A DNA stretch of 64,000 nt from Methanothermococcus sp. Ax23 (GTDB lineage Archaea > AGJL01 > Methanococci > Methanococcales > Methanococcaceae), in contig NZ_CP157522.1 of the NCBI RefSeq assembly GCF_049075655.1, forward strand, positions 1,568,001 to 1,632,000. The letters run 5' to 3'. Position numbers and translations under genes: made by a program. The notes under the pieces were generated by a model that saw only the letters and a program-made list of their open reading frames with translations, did no database searches and had not been told where the DNA came from. This document shows positions 20,304-31,373 of the stretch, one piece after another (the first letter of the stretch is position 1; each line of letters starts with the position of its first letter).

Positions 20304-20467
20304 ATAAATATATCTACTAATGAGTATCCTTTATCATTAATTAATCTAACTATATATATATATTTATAATTCCTTTTTCTGTTAATTATAAAAAAATGTT
20401 TGAAAGACCCACACCCATTAAAACAAGGAGAAAATAAAAAACATAAATCTATTATTTCTATTTTTAA

Positions 20468-21445
20468 TTATATACTCAGTAATGCAAAAATAACTCCCAC
20501 AAAAGCTATTATCGTTGTACATAGTGAAATAGGATATACCTGCCTAAATGTTAAAACTGGAGTATATGCACTCACAACTGAGCTCAGTATAGGAAACAGG
20601 AAAGCCACTGCAAAGTTTTCAACAATTGTTATTGGATTATTTACATCTGGTGCAATACCAAGATAAAGTGTTGCAAATAAACTTCCAAGTGTTATCATTA
20701 GGAGCTCCTTTACTGACAAATATATAGCCCTGTATCTTCCAGAGTATTCCATAGTTGGACCTTCAATAACATCCGCCTTGGTGTGCATAATTGAGAACGG
20801 ATAATCGTTTGTTAATATTATATATCCTATAAAGTATGCTATTGCTCCAAAAATTCCCCCAAGAGTAAATAAAAAATTGTTTCCAACGAGATTGGCTAAA
20901 TATATACTTTTGTGAGGTATGAACGGTATAAGGGTAGCAACATAAAATGGAAATGAGCCTATTGTAATCATTTTAAAAGCCCTGACTGCCCCCAACTGTT
21001 CGAGAGATATTTTTAGTGTGTTTAAAAAATTACTTCCCTTACATTCATCAACATACGGCATTCTAACTCCCATGACTGAGCTCGCAAGAGAACCCATAAT
21101 TACATAAGCCATTTCCTCCACTTTTAAAAGCCCAGCTATAAATATTAAATTAGAAATTACGGCAATTTTAGTAATTGATGTAGATGCAAGAATCAGCCAA
21201 ATTGCCACAAAACTCACAATAGGGAGAGTTTTATATAATCTTGGCATAATGCTGTATGGCTCTTCTGTTTTTTTTGCTAAAAACTTAAATAATGCCCAAA
21301 GTCCTGGCGTTAATATTGAAGGTCCTGTCCTTTGCTGAATTCTTGCCTGGATTTTCCTCTGAATTCCGGGAATCCATGTGGATACCGCAAATGCTATCAG
21401 TGGAATGCCCAGTATTGAGAGTATCTCTTCAATCATTGCATACAT
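20468..21445 (-). CDS. ehbO: Energy-converting hydrogenase B membrane subunit (NuoH/HycD-like)
   Basis: GIQRKIQARIQQRTGP and ADVIEGPTMEYSG; cluster position. Confidence 0.85.
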   Translation of the reverse strand: MYAMIEEILSILGIPLIAFAVSTWIPGIQRKIQARIQQRTGPSILTPGLWALFKFLAKKTEEPYSIMPRLYKTLPIVSFVAIWLILASTSITKIAVISNLIFIAGLLKVEEMAYVIMGSLASSVMGVRMPYVDECKGSNFLNTLKISLEQLGAVRAFKMITIGSFPFYVATLIPFIPHKSIYLANLVGNNFLFTLGGIFGAIAYFIGYIILTNDYPFSIMHTKADVIEGPTMEYSGRYRAIYLSVKELLMITLGSLFATLYLGIAPDVNNPITIVENFAVAFLFPILSSVVSAYTPVLTFRQVYPISLCTTIIAFVGVIFALLSI

Positions 21446-21460
21446 AAAAATACACCTCGA

Positions 21461-21907
21461 TTATTCTTCCTTTATAATTTTTGGAAGTGCCTGCACAATA
21501 CCTTGTATAATATCCTCAGGTCTTGGGGAACATCCTGGAACTTTAACATCCACTGGAATTATATTTTCAACAGGTCCATCTATAAAATCAGAAGTTCCCA
21601 AATCTCCGCCGATGTTTCCATACACTCCGCCCATCAATGCACAGCATCCTACTGCAACAACTGCCTTAGGTTCAGGTATTGCCTCGTATATTTTTTTAAG
21701 TGGTTCAGTCATTACCTTTGTAACGCATCCGCTTACAAGTAATATATCAGCCTCTCTTGGATTCCATGTTAAAAGGACGTTGTATTGCTCAGCATCATAA
21801 AATGGAGACAGGACACAATTTACAACCTCAATATCGCAACCATTGCATCCCCCGGTGTATGCCAGCATGACATGAATACATTTTTTCCTTGCATGTTCTT
21901 TTATCAT
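21461..21907 (-). CDS. ehbM: Energy-converting hydrogenase B small subunit
   Basis: [23 protein letters not shown] and PGCSPRP. Confidence 0.9.
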   Translation of the reverse strand: MIKEHARKKCIHVMLAYTGGCNGCDIEVVNCVLSPFYDAEQYNVLLTWNPREADILLVSGCVTKVMTEPLKKIYEAIPEPKAVVAVGCCALMGGVYGNIGGDLGTSDFIDGPVENIIPVDVKVPGCSPRPEDIIQGIVQALPKIIKEE

Positions 21908-22030
21908 GCATTCACCTTTTTTCTTTTTAATATCGTTCTTTCTTAATTTTTTTATTTTATTTCTTCTTCTTTATTCTTCAATATTATTTCTTATTAATTT
22001 TTTATTCTCTCCTTCATACTTTTTTCTTCT

Positions 22031-22552
22031 TTATTTCTTTTCTTCTTTAAGCATTCTCGAAAGATTTATTGAAAGAATATTTGCTATCTTTTTCAACTGT
22101 TCCTCTGGAATATCCACAGGTTTTTCAAACATTTTAGTTAAATCAACTTCAATATATTCATCCCCAACGTGCCTTGGATGAATGGGAGATATTTCATTAA
22201 ATATGGAAAATACCGGGCAGAAATCATGACAGTATAAACAATAGATACATCTTTCATCATCTATTACAGGAATTGATTTTTTTATGTAATTTTCAGTTAT
22301 TTTTACAGGCTCTATTCCCACCATCTTAATACATCCCGTTGGGCAGGCATTGGCACATCCTCTACATCCAATGCAGAGCTCCTCAAACACACTCCTTGGA
22401 AGCTTCACTCCTGATAGTATATTATTTCTCATTTCCATTGAAGTATATCTATCCGTTCCAAAAATTATTCGTTCCAGATTTTCATAAAATCCAGAAATGA
22501 ATATTTTTGCAAGATTTTTAAAAGATGGATTGTTCATAATATGCACCTTCAA
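22031..22552 (-). CDS. ehbL: Ehb 2x[4Fe-4S] subunit (NuoI-like)
   Basis: CIGCRGCANACP and CIYCLYCHDFCP. Confidence 0.85.
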   Translation of the reverse strand: MKVHIMNNPSFKNLAKIFISGFYENLERIIFGTDRYTSMEMRNNILSGVKLPRSVFEELCIGCRGCANACPTGCIKMVGIEPVKITENYIKKSIPVIDDERCIYCLYCHDFCPVFSIFNEISPIHPRHVGDEYIEVDLTKMFEKPVDIPEEQLKKIANILSINLSRMLKEEKK

Positions 22553-22572
22553 TAAGAATTAATCTTTTTATT

Positions 22573-24045
22573 TTATTTTTCAACCCATTTTCTGTATATT
22601 GAAATAGCATGAGTAGGGCAGATATTTGCACATGCTGAACAGAATTCACATTTATCCCAATCAAATTTACCCTTATCTACGGCATCATTTGGACAGATTT
22701 TGTTGCATAATCCACAAAATACGCAGAAATCAAAGTCAGTTCTAATAAATGAGTTGTCCCTATCGATAATATTTTTATATCCTGTGGTATTTGGAATTAC
22801 GTCTCTTGGGCAGTGTATAGCACAGTTTTCACACATTATGCAGTTCTCATCAAATACAACTTCTCTTTTAATTGATTTGCAGATTTCGTTTTTGAATTTT
22901 ATAATTTTCACAGTAATTGCATCCCTTGGACATACATTTGAACAAGTTCCGCATCCTATGCAGTTTTCATCCTTAATCACATCGAATCTTTTAATTTCCT
23001 CTATACTTATGGCATCCTTTGGACAGACATCTATACATATACCGCATAAAACACAACCACCATCTACAACTTCCCCTTTGTTAATTCTAACTCCCTGCGG
23101 ACATACATTTACACAGGCATTGCATAATTTACAGGAGCTTGGGTCATAAAGCACCTTGTTGTTCTCAATCTTTAAAGCACCAGCTGGGCATTTGTCGGCG
23201 CATAAACCGCAATTTATACAGTGTTTTAATGGTATGGTTTTTTTGTCCTCTTTAATTTTAACTACCTTAAAGTTTGATATTTGTAGGGCATCCTTTGGAC
23301 ATTTTTCAATACAGTTTCCGCACAATATACAGGTTTCAGTATCCACTTCACCACAGTTTATGGCATCCTTTGGACAGACATCTCCACAAATATTGCATCT
23401 TGTGCATCCATCTACTTCCTCTTTTTCCAATATCGTGTTTTTTGGACATAGATATACACATTTTCCACATTCTGCACATTTTTCCCTATCTATGTTTATT
23501 GAAACTCTAACTTCCATCAACCTAGAATTCGGTTTGCTCTCTATATGTCCTATATCACTTATTTCATTACCTTTGATTGTCCCTCTGTTGAACATACTTA
23601 AATATCGTTCTGCCAGAGCTCTGTTCTTTTTACTCTTCAAATCTTTTAGATTAAAATACATTCTTGCATCGTAGGGACAAACTTCGGCACATAATCCACA
23701 CATTACACAAATTCCATCAGGATATGAAAACTCCCTTTTATTGTTATTTACGATTTTTTCCTCTTTTTTCATCACAATTATATTTATTGGACAGGCTTTT
23801 TCACAGGTTCCACAGCCGTTGCATCTTCGCCTATCTACATAATATCCGCCAAATTCATTCTTTTTTATGGCGTTGTTTGGGCATTCCCTTGCACAAGTTC
23901 CACATGTGATGCAGGAAAATGCTTTATTATCCATTAATCTAATGGCATTTGTGGGACATACCTTCATACATTTTGAAGATTCCTTAAATGGACAAGTTTC
24001 GCACTTTTCAATGCCTCTACATTTGCTTATATCCGTTATAATCAT
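22573..24045 (-). CDS. ehbK: Ehb polyferredoxin
   Basis: More than a dozen CxxCxxCxxxCP motifs. Confidence 0.88.
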   Translation of the reverse strand: MIITDISKCRGIEKCETCPFKESSKCMKVCPTNAIRLMDNKAFSCITCGTCARECPNNAIKKNEFGGYYVDRRRCNGCGTCEKACPINIIVMKKEEKIVNNNKREFSYPDGICVMCGLCAEVCPYDARMYFNLKDLKSKKNRALAERYLSMFNRGTIKGNEISDIGHIESKPNSRLMEVRVSINIDREKCAECGKCVYLCPKNTILEKEEVDGCTRCNICGDVCPKDAINCGEVDTETCILCGNCIEKCPKDALQISNFKVVKIKEDKKTIPLKHCINCGLCADKCPAGALKIENNKVLYDPSSCKLCNACVNVCPQGVRINKGEVVDGGCVLCGICIDVCPKDAISIEEIKRFDVIKDENCIGCGTCSNVCPRDAITVKIIKFKNEICKSIKREVVFDENCIMCENCAIHCPRDVIPNTTGYKNIIDRDNSFIRTDFDFCVFCGLCNKICPNDAVDKGKFDWDKCEFCSACANICPTHAISIYRKWVEK

Positions 24046-24173
24046 AATATCACATAATATTATTTTACTATTTTAATTATTTTTTAACACATCTCGTTTA
24101 TTATTGGTCAAATCATTAATTAATCAAACATTAATAAATTAAAGGTAATCCAATAATATGCCGGCGTTTTTAA

Positions 24174-24425
24174 TTAATTCCTCTTAAACATCATATTTAT
24201 CAGATTTCCAAATAATAGCCCTACCATCGACAATATAAATGAATAAGACATTGGGAAATTATAGTAAGGGAGAGCTCCCAATAAATAGGCAACAAACACT
24301 CCTACAATTAGATAAAACAACATATTTAATTTCATATTTATCTTTATTCCTAGCATAAAGCCCACAAACATCCCCACCAATGGCAAAAACATGGTATTTA
24401 TTGTAATTAATCCATAGTTTATCAT
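24174..24425 (-). CDS. Ehb small membrane subunit (EhbJ-like)
   Basis: Three hydrophobic segments, LPYY motif, cluster position. Confidence 0.65.
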   Translation of the reverse strand: MINYGLITINTMFLPLVGMFVGFMLGIKINMKLNMLFYLIVGVFVAYLLGALPYYNFPMSYSFILSMVGLLFGNLINMMFKRN

Positions 24426-24452
24426 AATATCACCATTTGCAATATATTTGCA

Positions 24453-25232
24453 TTAATCTGCAATGTTCTTCATGATGACCTTTTCACCAGTTAATAATGT
24501 AGTAATTGTAGATAATCCAGCCAATACCTTTAAACCCACTGCTGTGTTTAGATAAGGTATTATCCCAACATTTTCCAAACCTGCTGGTGATGGAAATATA
24601 TTCATCCCAAAGAGACTGTCAAAATTAAACAGGTAATATCCTGAAACCACAATACCCAATATTCCAAATATGAGAAATGTCAGAGCTCCGAAACTTTCAA
24701 GGGTTTCCAAAAATTTATGGTTGAAATTCATCGGACAATCTTTTATTCCAAATGAAATAATTGCCAATATGTAGGCGGCGGCTATCAATGAACCTCCTTG
24801 AAATCCTCCTCCTGGTGTGATATGCCCCCCAAGAATCACGACTATTCCAAGAATCATCAATATTATACTCATAGGCATTGCTAAAACTTTAATTATTGGA
24901 GTAAATCCTCCCATATCATCAATATTTTTAGCCAGTTTATCATTTTGATTTCCATAAACTTCTTTAAGAAATTCTGAATTAAACAGCCCTCTTCCAAACA
25001 CCATTCCTGTGACAAGAACTGAGTTAATCAATATCAAACATTCTCCAAGTGTATCAAATCCTCTCCAATCAAATAAAACTGCACTTACAAGATTTGGTAT
25101 AATATCGGTATGAGTATATATGGCATTTACTCCCTCAACTACATTTATACTATAAACGGAATAAAATATCGCCGCACCAAAGAACATAAAGGATAGTGAA
25201 ACTGCAATTTCCCTATTAACAGATACAGGCAT
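24453..25232 (-). CDS. Ehb MnhB-like membrane subunit (EhbH/EhbI-like)
   Basis: PNLVSAVLFDWRGFDTLGE and GHITPGGGFQGG MrpB/MnhB motifs. Confidence 0.85.
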   Translation of the reverse strand: MPVSVNREIAVSLSFMFFGAAIFYSVYSINVVEGVNAIYTHTDIIPNLVSAVLFDWRGFDTLGECLILINSVLVTGMVFGRGLFNSEFLKEVYGNQNDKLAKNIDDMGGFTPIIKVLAMPMSIILMILGIVVILGGHITPGGGFQGGSLIAAAYILAIISFGIKDCPMNFNHKFLETLESFGALTFLIFGILGIVVSGYYLFNFDSLFGMNIFPSPAGLENVGIIPYLNTAVGLKVLAGLSTITTLLTGEKVIMKNIAD

Positions 25233-25305
25233 AATATCACCAATGAACATAAATATTAAAATTTAATATTAATATATAAATATATATTTATTTTTGGTAT
25301 CTTTT

Positions 25306-25614
25306 TTATTTGGCAAAGTATATTACAACCGATAGAATGCCAACAAACATAGATATCCAGAATAACTGCATGTTTATATGATTTGAATTTTCCTTATTGA
25401 ATTTAAATAACATAGGCATGAATGAAATGGCAATTCCGATTATGGAAACTCCCATAATTGCAAATAATATGTCGCTGAATACCCGAGATAATAGCAATAC
25501 GGACATAACTAAAAAACCATATAAGGTTAATTCGCCAGTTAGTCCTGCACCAACGGATATTCCGTCCCCATGTTCTTCTTTTTCCATTTCCTTTTGAAAT
25601 TTATCATATTCCAT
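25306..25614 (-). CDS. Ehb small membrane subunit (EhbG-like)
   Basis: Hydrophobic 3-TM ORF inside the ehb cluster. Confidence 0.6.
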   Translation of the reverse strand: MEYDKFQKEMEKEEHGDGISVGAGLTGELTLYGFLVMSVLLLSRVFSDILFAIMGVSIIGIAISFMPMLFKFNKENSNHINMQLFWISMFVGILSVVIYFAK

Positions 25615-25688
25615 ACAATACCACCACAATTATTTAATAACATATTGTTTCAGCCAACTTAATCAATGCATGACACCTATAACTACTA

Positions 25689-27134
25689 TTAAAATGTCCA
25701 AATTCTTCCAATTTCATTTGCATAAGGAGCTATTTGATTTACTACAATATCTGGATAGATACCCAATATAATACATAATATCGTCAATACCGCTAATGAG
25801 AATATGGAGTATCTTGAAACCTTAATATTTTTATATTCTTCAATCTGCTCTTCACTACATGGTTTTAAGAATATTAAGTAAAATGCCTTCATCATTGAAA
25901 CGAATGTTCCTACACTAACCAATATCATTATAACTGCAAGTTCTGGCATATTTACACTCATAGCCGCTTCTGCAAGTAATAATTTACTTTGAAATCCATT
26001 AAATGGTGGAACACCACTTATTGCAAGTTTTGCACATAATATCATAAATGCAACTGTTGGCATAATAGGTAAAAGCCCACCAAGTTTTGCCAAATTTGAT
26101 GAATGTTTTTGACTAACTATGTGAGCTCCTAAGAACAATGCACTCTTATAAATAACGTGGTTTATTGCATGGAATATTCCTGCTATAATGCCCAATGGTG
26201 TTCCAATGGCAAGCCCTGCTGCAACATAACCCCCTTGACTTATGGCGTGATATGAAAGAAGTTTTTTATAATCACTTTGCAACAATGCCATCACAACACC
26301 AAATACCATCCCAAATATTGATAATGCAATCAATGCACCATGGGCAGTGTTGAAGTAAGATAGACCGCCGAATAATTTGAAGATTACAAGCATTACTGCC
26401 ACAAGGACAAACTTTGAATATGTTTGCAACATTGAAGCCACAAATGGTTTTGCCCTAGCATATATATCCGCTTTAACTGTGTGAAATGGTGGAAGACCGC
26501 CACCATAGCACAAACCTATAATTAACATCAATAATCCGCCATATATAGTAGGAGTTGCCGGATTATTTGCAAGATAGTTGTGCATGTCGCTTATATTAAG
26601 GGTTCCTGTTGCAGATAGTAAAAATGCTATACCCAACAATAACAATGAACCAGCCACAGTTCCCATTATCATATATCTAAATGCCGCTTTGTATGCCTTT
26701 TCTGTTCCAGAGGCTATTACCAATCCTGTTTGAGCTATTGCCGCAATCTCATAAAATACATATATATTGAAAAGGTCATCTGCCAAAACCACTGCTGAAA
26801 CACTGGCAAGTCCCATTAATAGCAAGGATACAAATAATCCGTTTAATTTTTTTTCACCCATTCCAGCAATAAGCACCAATGAACCTATTAACATTAATGT
26901 GAAAATCATTACCTGCTTTGCTGGATTGAATATATATGATATTCCCGAGATTAACCCACTTTCTACACCATGAGCTCCGAAGAAATATGTTCCATAGCCC
27001 CCAAGGAATGGAAGAATTACAAGAGATAATGCCATCAAAAGTGCTAAAATTCTAATTGCCTTACTTTTATAAATATAATTAAAGATTATCGCCATAATTA
27101 ATGGAAACACTACAATTAACGGTAGCAGATTCAT
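25689..27134 (-). CDS. ehbF: Ehb antiporter-like subunit (MrpD/NuoN family)
   Basis: DLFNIYVFYE, PPFH, KKLLSYHAISQ, HAINHVIYKSALF, GVPPFNGFQSK. Confidence 0.88.
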   Translation of the reverse strand: MNLLPLIVVFPLIMAIIFNYIYKSKAIRILALLMALSLVILPFLGGYGTYFFGAHGVESGLISGISYIFNPAKQVMIFTLMLIGSLVLIAGMGEKKLNGLFVSLLLMGLASVSAVVLADDLFNIYVFYEIAAIAQTGLVIASGTEKAYKAAFRYMIMGTVAGSLLLLGIAFLLSATGTLNISDMHNYLANNPATPTIYGGLLMLIIGLCYGGGLPPFHTVKADIYARAKPFVASMLQTYSKFVLVAVMLVIFKLFGGLSYFNTAHGALIALSIFGMVFGVVMALLQSDYKKLLSYHAISQGGYVAAGLAIGTPLGIIAGIFHAINHVIYKSALFLGAHIVSQKHSSNLAKLGGLLPIMPTVAFMILCAKLAISGVPPFNGFQSKLLLAEAAMSVNMPELAVIMILVSVGTFVSMMKAFYLIFLKPCSEEQIEEYKNIKVSRYSIFSLAVLTILCIILGIYPDIVVNQIAPYANEIGRIWTF

Positions 27135-27170
27135 TCTTTTCACCATATTATTTTACTAAATAATTAAACA

Positions 27171-27530
27171 TTAATCTTCCTTTAATATAATCGACGCTTT
27201 AAGAGTTCTATATTTTTTATAAAATACTATGGAGAGTGCAAGCATTATAGCAAGCATTGAAGCTTCAATAACAATATTTGTTAATACAAGGGCATGAGGG
27301 AGTGGATAAACTGCTTTTGTGGCAAACACTGTAAATTCCAAACTGGGCATTTTAATGGGAACGATTCCGCCAGTCTTGTATCCGATAGCAATCAATGTTA
27401 AATTTACCCCATTTCCAAGTGCAGACAGGGCTATAATTTTTTTTAAAACATTATCTACAAAGAAAACACCATATAATCCTACAATAGCCAAAATCCCCGC
27501 GGCTATAAATGATGCAAGTTGCAAATCCAT
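27171..27530 (-). CDS. Ehb MnhC-like subunit (EhbE-like)
   Basis: NVLKKIIALS and PLPHALVLTNIVI motifs; GGTGA RBS. Confidence 0.82.
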   Translation of the reverse strand: MDLQLASFIAAGILAIVGLYGVFFVDNVLKKIIALSALGNGVNLTLIAIGYKTGGIVPIKMPSLEFTVFATKAVYPLPHALVLTNIVIEASMLAIMLALSIVFYKKYRTLKASIILKED

Positions 27531-27760
27531 ATTCATCACCAAAAAGGAAAAATTATTAATAAGAAAATATAATAATGATAATAAATATAACAATTCAAAT
27601 TTGTATTTGTTCATTATATTGTGGCACTGATATGATGATATATGATATAATGATGTATGAACCTATAAATAATTTGTCATTAATTATAATGATAAATATT
27701 TTTTAAAATATATAAATATTATGGTAATGAATCAGAAGCATTAATTTTATCGTCAAAAAG

Positions 27761-28309
27761 GTGAGAACTTTGGATATAAAACCGATTTTAGAGGAATATT
27801 TAAAAGATTGCAAAAAACTCGCCATAATGGGCATTGGAAATACTATGAAAGGGGATGATGGCTTTGGCATATTAATAATTGAAAATTTAGTAAAATACTA
27901 TAAAAATAAATATAATCTAAATCCCAACAATGAAGTAAATAAGATAGGAGATAAAATTATACTTCTAAATTGTGGGGTGGTTCCAGAAAATTTTACAGAT
28001 GTTTTAAAACGAGAAAATCCGAGTAATATATTGATAATTGATGCTGCATTGATGGGAGAGGTGCCTGGAACATTAAATATCGTGAATAGTGAAGATATAT
28101 CAGAAATAGGATTTTCCACGCACTCATTACCTATGAGCGTAATAGTTAAATACTTGACACATTATATAAATACCGAAATACTTATAATAGGTATTGAACC
28201 AGAAAATATAGATTTTGGAAAACCATTATCAAAAAAAATTTATGAAAAAAATTTAAAATTTACAGAGATGCTTATCGATTTATTAGATTCTTTTTTGGAA
28301 AATAGATAA
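27761..28309 (+). CDS. hycI: Hydrogenase maturation endopeptidase (HycI family)
   Basis: GIGNTMKGDDGFG, VPEN, IIDAA and STHSLP. Confidence 0.9.
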   Translation: MRTLDIKPILEEYLKDCKKLAIMGIGNTMKGDDGFGILIIENLVKYYKNKYNLNPNNEVNKIGDKIILLNCGVVPENFTDVLKRENPSNILIIDAALMGEVPGTLNIVNSEDISEIGFSTHSLPMSVIVKYLTHYINTEILIIGIEPENIDFGKPLSKKIYEKNLKFTEMLIDLLDSFLENR

Positions 28310-28355
28310 ATTAATTAAATTAATTAAAATAAAAATTAATTAGCAAGGTGAATAA

Positions 28356-30440
28356 ATGTTTTCCATTAAATTTAAAACAACAGATGAACTGCCGGAGCCT
28401 TCGCCACGATTAATAGACCAAATAATAGGTCAGGACGAGGCTCTTAATATTGTATTAAGTGCAGTTAATAATAAAAGACATGCACTGCTCTTGGGAGACC
28501 CAGGAGTTGGTAAATCCATGATGGTTAAAGCAGTAGGGGACCTCATAGAAAAATCCAGCTCCGACTTTAAACCATATACAATACTAGCAAAACCAAATTT
28601 AAAAAACTCTGAAAAACCCATTGTAGAATTAATTGAGGGCCCTTATGAAGAAAAGGTTGAAGTTACAAAACCAAGTGTAGTTAAACAGCCACCGAACATA
28701 TTAACTATGATATTATTTATGATTGTATTCACTGCAATTACATCATATTTAATGAGGGGACTTCCAGAATCAAAGGTCCTTGGTGTAATAGCAACCGTCT
28801 CAATTGTAGCATTTGCCTTAGCATTTGTGGTTATTTTTTTAACGATATTTGGAGCCACAAAAGGTTCCATGTCAAATACAGTTAGCCCTATGGACTTAAA
28901 ACCTGTTGTGCTTTATGAATGCAAAAAACGACCTCTTGTGAGGGCAAGTGCCTATAATGTAACTAAACTATTAGGAGATGTTAAACACTGCCCTCTTGGA
29001 GGTAAGCCACCACTTGGAACTCCACCCCATAAGAGGATAATTCTTGGGGCAATACATGAGGCACATAAAGGAATTCTCTATGTAGATGAGATAAAAACCA
29101 TGCCACCAGAAGTTCAGGATTATATATTGACCGCATTACAGGACAAGCACCTTGCAATAAGTGGTAGAAATCCAAATTCAAGTGGGGCAACTGTTGAAAC
29201 AAATCCAATACCTTGTGATTTCACATTGATAATGTCGGGGAACATGGATGATGTTAATAACCTAAGAGCTCCGCTACTTGATAGGGTTGATTACAAAATT
29301 GTTCTTAAAAATAAAATGGAAAACACTCAGGAAAACAGGGACAAATTATTACAGTTTATAGTTCAGGAGATAAGAAATAACAATTTAAATCCAATGACTT
29401 ATGAAGCATGCTGTGAAATAGTTAAAATAGCCCAGTTGCTTGCAGGTTCAAAGGATAAATTAACTTTAAGGCTGAGAAGATTGTCAAATATTATAAAGAT
29501 GGCAAATGACATTGCAATGGGTAGAAATATAAAGGATATAATTAATGAGATGTCAGAAGCTGGGGTCGAAGAAATAGAAAACGAAGCTAAGGGACGTGAA
29601 GAGACAGCAGAAGATGATAAAAAACTAAAAAGCATCATGGGAGTGCTAAATAAAATAACAGAAAAAGATAAGGTGGAAAAAGAAGGAATGGAAAAAGGAA
29701 ATCCTACAATTAAAAAAGTTCAGAAGCACTCAGAAAAAGAAAAAATCTATATAGATATTGAACATGTTGCCGCTGTTGTAAATACAGGTATATACAGCAT
29801 GACCAAACAAGTGGCTATCGACTACCTGAGGAACTTTAAAAGATATAAAAACATCGTTCCAAATGATACTCCAAAGGTTGGTGTTGTGCATGGTCTCGCT
29901 GTGCTTGGTTCCGATGGTATCGGAGATGTAACAAAAATAATCACTCAAATAATTGATTCAAAGAACCCGAATACTCATTTACTAAACATTAGTGGTGACC
30001 TTGCAAAGCACAGCATTACTTTGGCATCTGCATTATCTAAAAAATATGTATCTGAGGGTAAATTACCTTTAAAATCAGAGGAAGATATTGATTTAAATTC
30101 AAAAGAAATATATATACAATTTAGTCAATCCTACTCAAAAATTGATGGAGATAGTGCAACTGCGGCGGTTTGCCTAAGTATAATTTCATCACTCCTGAAA
30201 ATTCCATTGAAACAGGATTTTGCAATAACAGGAAGCCTCGATTTAAACGGTAATATACTTGCCATAGGCGGAGTAAATGAAAAGATAAATGCCGCAAAAG
30301 AATATGGATTTAAAAGAGTAATCGTCCCAGAATCGAATATGATTGATGTAATAGATACGGAAGGAATTCAGATAATTCCTGCTAAAACCTTGGAAGAAAT
30401 AATTCCTCTAGTATTTGAAAGCAATCCCTTAAAAAATTAA
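28356..30440 (+). CDS. lonB: Membrane-anchored ATP-dependent protease LonB
   Basis: Walker A GDPGVGKS, two TM segments, GILYVDE, catalytic DGDSA and GGVNEKI. Confidence 0.95.
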   Translation: MFSIKFKTTDELPEPSPRLIDQIIGQDEALNIVLSAVNNKRHALLLGDPGVGKSMMVKAVGDLIEKSSSDFKPYTILAKPNLKNSEKPIVELIEGPYEEKVEVTKPSVVKQPPNILTMILFMIVFTAITSYLMRGLPESKVLGVIATVSIVAFALAFVVIFLTIFGATKGSMSNTVSPMDLKPVVLYECKKRPLVRASAYNVTKLLGDVKHCPLGGKPPLGTPPHKRIILGAIHEAHKGILYVDEIKTMPPEVQDYILTALQDKHLAISGRNPNSSGATVETNPIPCDFTLIMSGNMDDVNNLRAPLLDRVDYKIVLKNKMENTQENRDKLLQFIVQEIRNNNLNPMTYEACCEIVKIAQLLAGSKDKLTLRLRRLSNIIKMANDIAMGRNIKDIINEMSEAGVEEIENEAKGREETAEDDKKLKSIMGVLNKITEKDKVEKEGMEKGNPTIKKVQKHSEKEKIYIDIEHVAAVVNTGIYSMTKQVAIDYLRNFKRYKNIVPNDTPKVGVVHGLAVLGSDGIGDVTKIITQIIDSKNPNTHLLNISGDLAKHSITLASALSKKYVSEGKLPLKSEEDIDLNSKEIYIQFSQSYSKIDGDSATAAVCLSIISSLLKIPLKQDFAITGSLDLNGNILAIGGVNEKINAAKEYGFKRVIVPESNMIDVIDTEGIQIIPAKTLEEIIPLVFESNPLKN

Positions 30441-30583
30441 TTAATATTTTTATATTTTATTTTTTTTACAACTTCACCATACGGTAATTTCCTTCCGTTT
30501 AGGAACCTATATATAGGAAAAATAATGTAATTAATAAAATATTTTTAAAAAATTTTATTGGTGAATAAAATGGATGAAGTTTT

Positions 30584-30894
30584 GGGGTCTGTCCAATGTG
30601 AGCGTTGGTGAGTAAATGCCCACATTGGACTTGGGCGTCATCAACCTTATATCCCTCTGGGTTCATTGGGAGCATGTCATCGGTCTCCTCCCCTGTCGTG
30701 GGGACCCCAGCTCCACCCATCAATTCGACAATTTGTTGGATGTTTTAACATGTTTAAAAGAGGTTTAGGAAAGTCTTGGAGTTGATTAGATTGACACTAT
30801 AAACTATGCATGAAAATACTATATAAACATTTCGAAAACTAAATGCTCCCATACACTCACAAATACTCACAAAAAACTAAACAGTTTTAAACGG
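30584..30894 (-). mobile_element. Non-autonomous IS607-like cassette, copy B
   Basis: About 98% identical inverted copy of 19993-20303; GG at both junctions; excision leaving one GG restores the host frame TTG GCA AAT GTG. Confidence 0.88.
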
Positions 30895-31092
30895 CAAATG
30901 TGTATATTACAAAAGAGAATGGAGAAAAAGAGAAATTTGATTTTGAAATTGTAAAGGAATCCCTAAGAAACGCTGGAGCGGATGAATCCCTCGTAGATGA
31001 TGTAATAAAAAGAATTGAAAATAGAATTCATGATGAGCTCACCACAGCAGAATTAAAGATGATGATTATAATGGTATTAAGAAGAATAAATA

Positions 31093-31373
31093 GTCAGCTA
31101 CCAACGGATAAATCCGTTGGCTTGCCCTTCCAACTCCCTCAATAATAAGGGCGGAGGACATTAGGCTGGCTGACAGGTCAGCCCTGCATTATTTTAATAA
31201 TAAACCCTTTCTAACCGTACCCACTCTATTGAGTTTCGTGCCTTAGGGTATGATTAATACTATTACATCTATATTATATAAATTTTTTTGGCATTCCTCC
31301 CATCTCGTAAGAGATTTTACAAAACATTGTTTTGTATAACGATTGAAATCGTGGGCTTCCTGCCTAATAATTC
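31093..31373 (-). mobile_element. Non-autonomous IS200/IS605-derived cassette, family 1 copy B
   Basis: On the minus strand TCAC (31377-31374) precedes the left end and the right end is CCAACGGA-TTTA-TCCGTTGG-TAGCTGAC; excision without duplication restores AAT AGT GAA GTA. Confidence 0.88.
31302..31338. repeat. 37-bp double-hairpin insert in the left-end hairpin
   Basis: ATCTC-GTAA-GAGAT plus TACAAAAC-ATT-GTTTTGTA; near-identical to 38009-38045. Confidence 0.85.

Noticed and set aside
20468-27530. Ehb cluster lacking the large catalytic subunit, and korCB lacking korA, as defective systems
   Set aside because: Scattering of ehb and kor genes across the chromosome is normal in Methanococcales, so the missing genes are probably elsewhere.
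30499-30723. 74-aa ORF as a real gene
   Set aside because: It lies mostly within the IS607-like cassette and reads out into flank; at most a TnpB tail remnant.
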